A stretch of 64,000 nt of DNA from Ancylonema sp. (Eukaryota), in contig JBFLGF010000204.1 in the NCBI GenBank assembly GCA_050230475.1, positions 1 to 64,000 on the forward strand. Reading direction: 5' to 3'. This document shows, piece by piece, positions 54,031 through 64,000 of this stretch; the first letter of the stretch is position 1; each line of letters begins with the position of its first letter. The translations under genes and the position numbers were made by a program. Under the pieces are notes generated by a model. It saw only the letters and a list, made by a program, of their open reading frames with translations. It did no database searches and had not been told where the DNA came from.

Positions 54031-55237
54031 TATTTGCTTAGGGGGATCTTAGGGTATGCGTGCGATCATGCGCTCAGGAGCGCATGATCCTGCGCTCATG
54101 CGCTCGCCGATCCTCAGTAACATGTCACTTCGGCGGCCATCCGAACATTCTGGCGGCTTTCCGATCCGATTAGGGGATCTTAGGGTATGCCGATGATCAT
54201 GCGCTCATGCGCTCGCTGCGTTCTACGCTCGCCGATCCCTAGTTTTGACTCATTTGCTGGTCGGAGTCTTATCTTCAGATTCTGAAGTTCATGGTTGACA
54301 TGAACTGATAGAACGTCCGTAATAACACCCCAAAAAAATCATTAAAATACCCATTGGAGGCTAGTCCATAGACCATAGAAAAGAAGTGGCACCTCAATGA
54401 TGTATTCATTTCAAGTTTAGTACCCCTCCCTTTCAATGTATGAAGTTGTTCCAAATCATGCTTTATGTAACGGAACGAGTGTACGTCTTTACGTTTTCCG
54501 CAACTTATCGTTATTGTGCTTATCGACAGTGCGCCTATAAGTTGGCTTGCTTATAGCGCGTTGCACGCGAGGCCCGAGGCCTGTGCCGGGACCTTTAATA
54601 TTATTCGTTAGTACGAATATAATCGCGGTTCGCGATAAAACAAAGTATGTATTATCACGTCGGTGACGGTTTCGGAGAGTTGGTGCAATCGTTTGAACCG
54701 GTAGTTTGTGACAGACTGTGACGTCAGTCAAATGTCAATGCGGACTGTGAGTCCTGCAACGACATTTCATAGCTAGGAGTTGTCCTGCGGCATGGGCAAC
54801 CGCACTCAGCTGACGGGCTGTCACGCCTTTTAGCTGTTAGAAGTCAGATCCCGATTGGATCGGGGACTTCGCCTATTAGTGTATACACGCCGAGACTACG
54901 GAACACACACTGTGTGAAGTTACTGTTGATGTATTTCTCGGGTACAGCGTGGCTGAAAGTTTGAGTATTTCATGTATTTTATATTAAACGTCAACATTTG
55001 TATCGCCATGTGGCTATACGTTTCTGTTTACATATATATCAAAATAAAGTAGAGAGATATTTTGTCTCGATGTATAGATTTAGAAATTCACGTTGGGAGT
55101 TGCAAAAATGAAATGATGGTATGATGGTATGATGGTTGTGTATACATCTTGCGGTTCCTTAAGATCAAGTAGCTTGGTGTGAATTTCATATCGTTAGACT
55201 TCCCTAACAAAAACTTCCTTGGGCTACTTAGGTATTC

Positions 55238-58200
55238 TGTAGGAATTATATCGGATAGCCATGTTTGCTAGTGTGCTAGTCCGGACTGTGCTAGTCCGGA
55301 CTACCGGTTAGTGTAACCGGTAGGATTCCTAGGGTGAGCTTATACTGAGGGGCCGGACTGATGTCCGGGTACCCGAATATGACGTTTCGATTGTGCCGTT
55401 TGTAGCACGTGCGGTCTAGATGGTTCCGACTTGTCAGACTGTCCGGCCGTTGACATGATCTGAGTGTTGTTGTGTTTTGATAGGCCGACGGTCCGCAGAT
55501 ACGACCGTCGGCACACACCTACACGATGCCGACCATTCAATAATAATTCTTCCAACACAATACTTGACATTGATCATCTTTGAGAGACGAAGTTTCTTGT
55601 ACGGAAAGATTCACACGATCTTGTACACCTATCACGTAACATCGCTAAAAGGTTATGGGCCCACAGGCGGTCTAGTTAAAGACGCTGTGTCAATAACTAC
55701 AGGCATGTCAATAACTACAGGCATTCCACTCTAAGGGTGGGGTTATTAAGTACTGCACGTAATCTTTCGAATTGCGTTGCCAGTGACTGAGGTGTGAGCT
55801 GTTGCACGAAACACGCTCAAGGAGGCAGCTGAGAGCTGATCATCAGATATATTTAGCTACTGCCTAACATGACGGAAAAATCATACATTCCGGTCTTCTT
55901 CACAGGAGCAGACTACAAAGGATGGGCTTTTAAAATTAAGTTCGGTCTGGCTGACAAGGAGCTGCATGACATTGTCATGGAATTGGGGCAGATCCCCGAG
56001 GCAAGCGGAACTTGTCGTGTCTCCACCACTCACGCAGGACGAGCTCGATGCACTGGATGATACGGACGTCGCTCGAACGGTCACGGCACGCACCCAACTC
56101 ATCGGTCGACAGACTCTCCTTCGAGAGGTCTGGTCGAAGAAGAATACCGCTGCAATGGCGTACATCGTCAAACACCTCCAGACGGGGGAGCTGACGCACG
56201 TACGAAATTGCGAGACTGCAGTGGATATGTGGGACGCCATGAAAGCCTTCTACGACATTCAGGGAGCCATTGAGATTGCCAACGCTGAGGCTGAGCTCAC
56301 GGCGATCATCATGGGGGGCGGAGGACCTGAGCGACTACGAAGCGGCTTCAGGAGCTGCATGATCGTCTGGGGCATTTGGGAGAGCCAGAAGCCTGCGAAG
56401 CAAACGATCAACTTCCTGAATTCCCTCAACACTCGCTACAGCTCGCGCGTGGAGAGTGTAATGTCTTGGGCGATATCTGCGCCAACACTCTTCACGATCC
56501 CTGCGTCAGCACTTTGTCAGGGCGATCGACGGGAGGTCTGCAACGACCGCAAGAGAGGGGTGCTGCCGGGAGGGCAGCACGCTAATTTCGTGGGGAAAGG
56601 GGGTTACTCGGGCAGCTCCGGAGCTGGCCCAAGTCGACCAGGTGGGAATGGCGGTCCCGGAAGTCGCGACTTGACGAGAATTCAGTGCTACGGCTGCAAC
56701 CAGTATGGCCACCTAAAATCGGACTGCCCTACACGTCCGCCGACGAGGTGCCATGGCTGCAACCAGATCGGCCACAAACTGTCGCAATGTGGACAGCAAC
56801 GGCAAGGGGGAGGTGGCAGATCGGCTGGCCAGGGAGGCAGTCCGAAACCCGAATGCAGATACTGTGATAAGCTCGGGCACACTACATTGGTAGAATGCAT
56901 GAAGCGTAGATCTGACCTGGCATTGGCTGCACCTGATTATAATCTTCGTGACCAAGCTCAGGCTCGACTTGTCTGCACGTTCAAACACACCTTTCGATGC
57001 ATCCAAATCCCTAGTTTATGCAGCATTCTCATCTGACGCACGGATTGCCATGGCAGCTGGAACTGATTGCTCGCATCTGTGGCTTGATTCAGGCTCGACC
57101 GATCACGTCTTCACAAACAAAGACCACTTCGTCGAGTACGACACCAACGTCCCGATGCAGCACTCATTCATCCACACGGCTGATGGCACGCCTCAAAGGT
57201 CGAGGGGACACGCTTCGTGCACGTTCGAGTGAAGAACGACGACTCCTTCCTCGTCGTCCCTCTCACTGCTCTGCACGTCCCTACATTCGCTGCGACCCTG
57301 GACCGACTGCCTCGTCCAGAGAGCAGAGGTGGGCTGAGCTTTGCCTAGACCCCACATGGCCCTTAACTCACTAAGAATGGACAGAAATGGGCTGATGCCA
57401 GCAGGCAGAGGAATGGTCTGTCATTGCTGCATGCATCCACCATCATGCCTGGTTCATCTGGTCTGCAAGCAAATATGTCCATAGGCATGCTCTCGCATGG
57501 CAAGTTGGGTCACCCTGGTGTTCCAGCCATGTCAGACATGGCTAGACGTGGAGACATACCGAGACAGAGTCAGGAATGAGGTTAGAGATTGTGAGATCTG
57601 CTGTATGGGGAAGATGGGACAGAGGGGGCATGCACTGGCTAGCGATGATGTGGCCACTATGCCATAAATGGGTGGGAAGGTTGCATCTCTGATAGGTCCT
57701 TTTGGAGTCAGGTCAATGCACGGAGGGTTTGATTATGCACAGACTGGGATAGAGGTCAATTCTAGACTGTCAACAGTATCTCTTCTCAAGCACAAGAGCG
57801 ATGCTCTCAGTCAAACGCGCATCACTGTACAGAAACTAGAGGTTGAGTTAGGACTGCTGTTAAAGTCGATCAGAACAGATGGAGGAGGGGAATATACTAG
57901 CAAGGAGTGGAAAGGGGTATTGTGAGGAAAAAGGCATCAAACATGAATTGACTGCCCCCTATAGTCCTCAGCAGAACGGCATGTGTGAAAGACTGAACCG
58001 AACACTGATGGAGAAGATGAGATGTTTACTGATGTGGTCTAAACTGCCTAAATCATACTGGGATGTGGCATTGATGCATGCAAACTGGCTAAGGAACAGG
58101 TCCCCCACTAGTTCATTGACAGGGGGGATACCTATTGAGAAGTGGACGGGACGCCAAATCAAACTAGACAGAAGTCACACATTTGGCTGCCTAGTGCAGT

Positions 58201-59303
58201 TTTAAAAGTTGGGCATGATAAAAACAAACAAGGGGACAAGTATGCTCCCAAGACTGCTTTTGGGGTATTCATTGGGTTGGCAGCAGATCAGGCCGGTTAC
58301 AACATCTTCGACCCGCTCAGAGCCGGTGTGATGGTGCGGACAGACGTCCGTTTCTTTGAGGAAGTGCCGGGGTACCCGAGACTAATGGGGGGGAGAGCTC
58401 CCCAGGTCGAGGCCAAAGCAGATGGACACTTTTTCCAGCTATTCCCCGACACGGAAGATGAGCCTAAGGCTGGAGGGGTGCCAGGACAAGCAGCAATTAC
58501 AACAGCAACGCCTGCAGTAGTGCCAGAAGCAGAGCCAGGAGCATAGCCAGCAGCAATGCCAGCAGCACCAGCCGCCCACAACAACCCAGGAGCCCAGATC
58601 CCAACATTACACTTTCCGCCACCACCAGCTGCTGAGGTCCCCATCGCTGTGATTGAGCTGTCTGACAGCCAATCTGGGATCAACAACGTAGGTGTGGCAA
58701 GCGAGGAGGAGGAAGTTCAAGGAGGGGGTGAAGAGGGGGGGCAAGGGGTGAATGCTGGGAGCATAGCTAAGAGAGTAATGGGAAGGAGGAGAGCAAACTT
58801 TGCCCACTTTGGGGATATCCTCTGATACGATGGGGAGGAGTTCGACGACCAGGCGCTGGAAGCAGCCATTCAGGACGACGAGTGGGAGGCAACATGCTTC
58901 TTCACAGTCTTCAACGGCCCCTCTGACCGTGGATTCTGTATGGTGGCCATGTCTGCTGACTCCTCCGACCCTCTGACGCTAAACCAGGCCTTGACGAGGC
59001 CAGACTGGGATCAGTGGTTAGCTGCTATCCAGGAGGAGCTGAAAAGCTTGGGGGAATTCAACACTTTCGAGGTGTGTGAACTTCCACCAGGTAAAAGGGT
59101 TGTGGGGTGCAAACATGTATTCAAAACCAAATACACACCCACAGGATCCCTTGAAAGATATAAAGTCAGACTGGTCGCTCAGGGTTTTCTACAACAAGAA
59201 GGAGTTGATTATATAATGAAATATTCGCACCTGTAGTAGATAGTACCTCTATCTCTCTTCTACTAGCTATTGCGAATCAGGAGGGTTGGGAAATTGAACA
59301 GCA
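55238..59303 (+). mobile_element. Ty1/Copia retrotransposon (5' LTR, PBS, gag, protease, integrase, start of RT), frameshifted and cut within RT
   Basis: LTR from TGTAGGAAT. Gag from 55869 with CCHC knuckles, protease 'WLDSGSTDH', integrase 'IRTDGGGEY...TAPYSPQQNGMCERLNRTL', RT 'YKVRLVAQGFLQQEGVDY...GWEIEQ'. Confidence 0.92.
55651..55663 (+). promoter_or_regulatory. Half-tRNA-iMet-type primer-binding site
   Basis: GGTTATGGGCCCA directly after the LTR-homologous segment. Confidence 0.8.
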
Positions 59304-62300
59304 CGGAAGACTTATAAGCTTTTGAGTGATTAGACGTGCCGGAATAATTAGGTGGGCGACAAAACGAACCGTACGCAAAAGGATCTCTATCACTGTTGAT
59401 CACCGAGACAGGAGTTGCGTGTGTGGAACGAATTAATATTGTGATTGCATCGGGGATGGTAATACCCGATGCGCTTTACAGATTGTTGCGTGCCGACGGT
59501 CGGCACAATTGACCGTCGGCCTATCATTGACTGACATCTCTTCTACATGTCAACGGCACATGCCGGACATTTCTGACACGACTAAACAAGCCCATCACGA
59601 CGCTTCAAACAAATAACGTCTCTAAGCGGCGGAAACATGTTAGGTGCCCGGGCACAAACTTGCCCGGCCCCGCATACAGGCACATCTAGAATATTGCTCC
59701 CGGTTAGAGTAACCGGTCACAACTGGACTAGCACGCATAACATATGGCTATCCAAAATATTCTAACACACCCACTCGGATGCCATGCTAAAGTTGGCATA
59801 GATGCAGACATCAAAAGGAGTACCCAAGTCATTGCCAAAACATTGCAGAACCATCGCATAACATATAAAACAGTTTTGGTCTTCCCTAGCATACAAGCGT
59901 GCTAGGGGATTCTATCGATACTGCAGCCGTTCGAAAGACGATCGGAAGACGATCGGAAGCCGATCGGAACTCTAGAAGACGATCGTTCCAGATCCTTAGT
60001 CGTTTTTCGGGCCGGAGCCCTGGACATACACAAACAAATACCACAAGTTAGGCGAAAAACAAAAAAACTTATGAAAATATTTTTGATTATTTTTGATTTT
60101 TCAACTTTTTCAACTTCACGATTCTGAAACTTTACACTTTCCAGTCAGAAAAATCTCAAAACAGCATAACTTCAAAATTACCAGTACTTTCAGCACCAAC
60201 TTTTGACACAAGTTTTGCAACAATGATTAGGACATACATTCGAAAATTCAGAACAAACTGACAAGTTTAAAGTTGAGCAGATTCAACTTTCTGATTTTAA
60301 AGTGTACTAAGTGTCTTTTCAAGGTATTAAGGTGAATGTGTGACTTAGCTGGATGAGCAGAAGTTGGTGTACCCTCCCCATTACTTCTGCCTGAAAAGAA
60401 ACATACCAACACACCCCCTGCCAACATGCATGGCATTCGAAACCTTCGATCATAAAAAATAAAAGAAAAGACTGACACCCCCTGTTCAGTATAACCGTCC
60501 AAAACCTAGACTTTTGCTGTGTCTGTCCAGTAAAACGGGAAGAGCTTTAGTTAGCATATCTGCTGGTGATTGGCGCCTGCAAGATACACATATTTTAGTC
60601 TCCCGTGCTGTGGCATTCCCGTACCCAGTGATACCACATTAAAATGTTTTGCTTTCTGTCTTTGCACAGGATTCTGGATCATGGAGAGAAGCTGAGGTTG
60701 AGTCAGTGTGGATTTTGGTGTGGGAATTTGAGTTCTTTCAAGAGAGACTTTAGATAACAGCATTCTTTAGACACACTACAGGCAGCTACTCAGCCTCAGC
60801 AGTGCTCTGACAGTGCTGTTTCTGTGACTTCCAACTCAGTGCTGTCCCCCCAACCGTGGTTACCCATCCGACTGACTTGACTTCCTTCCCTGTCATGCTA
60901 CAACTGGTTCCAATGATGCATCGCAGTAACCCTTTACTTCAAATAATGTCCTTACCCACAAAACGTCAGTCCGTGGTTGACAGTCCCTTTAAAGGTATTC
61001 TGAAATAGTTGATGTAATGCCCTTATGTGTGCGACCCCAGGATTTCCCATGTGTTTAGCCACGTACCCCAAGTGCATACCCGATGTCCAGTCTGGTTTGT
61101 TTCATGGCATATATGAGAGATCCCACTTTCCTTTCCCTCGAAAGTCTGTTATTTCTTCAGGGGTAGGGGGAAGAGTTGGCATTGTGGTGAATTGAGTTCC
61201 AGGGGCGAGGGGGAGTTTGGTTGGATGATTACACTCATGCATCCCATAGCGTTCAAGCACTCCCCTTAAGAATCCTGCTGTCCGAGTGTGAGCAGTCTTC
61301 TCTGTCTATCCCTCTTCAATTCCATCCCCAGGATATGGGTTAGGGGACCCAGATCCTTGACTTTGAACTTTTTACCCATATCTTCTTTAAAAGTTTTGAC
61401 GACCATTGCGTTAGGACCTGTGATTGATTAATCACCTGATCATCTACATGTATGCCAAGTATGATTCTGCTGTCTGCTTCCCCCCTCATATATATACATG
61501 TGTCCATTACGCATTGTTTAATCCCTTCAGATATCATAAACTTTCTGACATCTCTTGCCACACGTGGCTACTCTAGACCGTATAAAGCCCCCAGTCGTAA
61601 GACCTTTCCCTCAGCCCTGATATACATACGTGGTGGTATTTTCATGTAAACTTCTTCTTCGAGACGTCCATGCAGGAACGCTGTGATTACGTCCATCTGT
61701 TCCAGTTCCCAGTCATCTTGGTTTGCTATAGAGAGGAGTAGGGTGATAGATGTACTGTCGATTACTGGTGCAAATACTTCATTATAGTCAATACCCTCTT
61801 GCTGTAAGAATCGCTGTGCGACCAGTCTGACTTTATATCTTTCTATATCCCCCTCTGTGGTGTGTTGTGTTTTGACACATACACCTTAAAATCATATCTG
61901 CACCCCACCGCCTTTTTACTTGGAGGAAGCACACACACCTCAAAGGTGTTGAACGTCTCCAGGGCAGCGAGCTCTTCCACAATGGCCCTGTCCCACTGGT
62001 CCCAGTCTGGCCTCATCATCGCATGGTTGAGGGTGAGTGGCTCGGAGGAGTTGGTGTTAGATGCTACGCATGCGTAGCCCGGATCCACACCGTTGAAGCC
62101 AGTGTAGAAACTGCTGGGCTCCCACTCAGTCGCTGAGTAGTTGGCGTCTGCGTCGAACTCCTCCCCATCACACAGATCCCCATACTCTGCAAAGTTGGCT
62201 CGCCTGTCATCACCCGATCAGCCGCTGTCCCCCACTTCTGGGCCTGGGTTCGCACCCCCTCCTTGCACCTCCTCCTCCCCTGCATCTCCACCTCCTGCGT

Positions 62301-64000
62301 TGTTAATCCCTGATTGGCTGTCAGACAACACAATCGTGGCGTTAGGGACCTCAGCAGCTTGTGGCTGGAAGTTGTCGTGCGGATAGTCGATGGCAGTTGC
62401 TGGCTCAGGGACTGTTGCTTCTGCTGGTGCTGGGATTGGCTGCAGAACTGCTGGCATCACTGCTGGCATGATTGGGTGGACTGCTGCTGCTGGCATGTTG
62501 GGGTCCACTGCTTGTTGGGGTGGACTGCTGCTGCTGGCACAACTGCTGCAGCTGGTTCATCTTCAGGGTCGGGGAAAAGGTAGAAAAAATGTTTTTCTGC
62601 TGCCGCCTCAACTTGGGGAACTCTCCCCCCCATCAGCTTCGGGTACCCCGGCACCTCCTCGAAGAACCGCACGTCCATGCGTGATATCACCCCAGCTCTA
62701 TGGGGGTCGAAAACATTGTAGCCTGCACTCCCCGCAGCCATCCCCAGAAACACACCAAAGCAAGTGCGAGCAAACTTGTCCCCTTGCCTACTGTTCTTTT
62801 CCCCCCCAACCTTCAGATATTGGACCAGACACCCGAAATTATGACTTTTATTAACTGTCATGTTCTTTCCCTCCCAGACTCAATTGGAATTTTTCCCAGA
62901 AAGCGACTTAGTGGGTGTTCTGTTCCTCAACCAGTTTGCATGTAATAATGCCACATCCCAATAAGACTTCGGTAGACCTGACCAGATTAATATGCATCGC
63001 ATTTTTTCTGTTGTCAATGTTCTATTCAGTCTTTCTTCACCGATTCAGTTTTGTTCAGGACTATATGCTTCTGTGGTTTGCTTGTCAATACCCTTCCCCC
63101 CACAGTAGTTTATCCAGTCCTGAGACATATACTCCCCTCCCTTGTCTGTCCGTATAGACTGTAGGAGCAACCATGACTGGACCTCGAGCAATTGTATAGT
63201 GACTTTTGCTCGGTTCAGTGCTTCATACTTTGTTTTTAACAAACTGACAAATGACAGACGTGTGGATACCTCTCCCTGTCTGAGCAGATGTAAATCCTCC
63301 GTTAGTTGACCTGACAGAGAATGGTCCAATGAGATCCAGGTGGATGCGACCCATCTTGGGGCATGTCCCCAGATCCTGACTGACCTTAGAATGACTGAGC
63401 TGAATCATCTTCCCCTGACAACAAACCTGACATCCCTTTACTTCAGTTATTCTCCCTGACTTCCTCTGGGATGTCACCACGTCTGGCGAAATCTGACATC
63501 ACATCAGAACTGGGGTGACCCAATTTGTGATGCCACCATGCCTGTGGAAATTTGCTGTAGTATCATGAGATCCAGGCATGACGATTGTGGCAGCAAGCAA
63601 AGTCAGACCACTAGGCTGCTGCAGCACATCAGCCCATTTCACATTTCCCTTGTTTAAAATTAATTCAGGACGGGCAGCTGTAGAAAGCTCAGCCCACCTC
63701 TTCTGACGAGGCCCGATGTCGACACGAGGGTGCAGGCAAAGGTTGGGCCGTGGATCGAGCTGAGTGGCTGCACAAAGAAAGCGTCGCCATTCCTCACTCG
63801 GATGTGCACGAAACCAGTGCCCTCCACCTTGTGTGACGAGCCGTCAGCAGTGGTGATGAAGGCCTGCTGCGTGCTCAGGGTAGGTGTGTACTCCACAAAA
63901 TGTTCACGTGCCGTGAAAATGTGGTCGGTAGCACCTGAATCCAGGATCAGGGAGTGGGAGTGAGAACCAGCAGACAATGCCCGGGCAACCTCGAACGAGA
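59304..64000 (-). mobile_element. Second Ty1/Copia element of the same family in opposite orientation (protease, integrase, RT, RNase H, PPT, 3' LTR 59304-59767); continues beyond the window
   Basis: 'LILDSGATDHIF', 'IRTDKGGEY', RT 'ILGIHVDD' and RNase H 'QKAKHFNV'. PPT-like GAGTGGGTG precedes TGTTAGAA at 59767 on the minus strand. Many stops and frameshifts. Confidence 0.92.

Larger units (their letters stand above)
52709..54241. mobile_element. hAT-type non-autonomous element containing two pogo-like MITEs
   Basis: TIR TAGGGATTGGCGAGCG / CGCTCGCCGATCCCTA, 8-bp TSD GTTTTGAG / GTTTTGAC, and inverted ATGAGCGC subterminal repeats. Confidence 0.85.

Overview
Eukaryotic, intron-rich and heavily transposon-laden nuclear DNA. 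The gene content and intron layout suggest a streptophyte alga or early-diverging land plant (inference). Five host genes can be spliced by hand with GT-AG introns and consistent phases: an Lnt-like carbon-nitrogen hydrolase (557-3948, +), a plastid-type Cu/Zn superoxide dismutase (17489-20529, -), a divergently transcribed SRR1-like gene (21061-24992, +), an SRC2-like C2-domain gene (33952-36795, +) and NOSIP/CSU1 (51107-52315, -). A sixth, partial gene encodes a Cys-rich peptide precursor (15604-16527). The rest is repeats: a decayed CRE-clade non-LTR retrotransposon, a Gypsy remnant with a PHD-tipped integrase, two related Copia elements in opposite orientation, solo LTRs, and many hAT, Mutator and pogo-like MITEs, often nested. 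The most striking object is an LTR-retroelement segment (41246-48751, -). It carries gag and a DNA cytosine-5 methyltransferase-fold ORF but no protease, RT or integrase. Its SAM-binding and catalytic motifs are replaced while the scaffold is kept, and its 3' end has an unusual layout of PPT, duplicated LTR tail, then LTR. All family assignments come from motif recognition by eye; no database searches were run.
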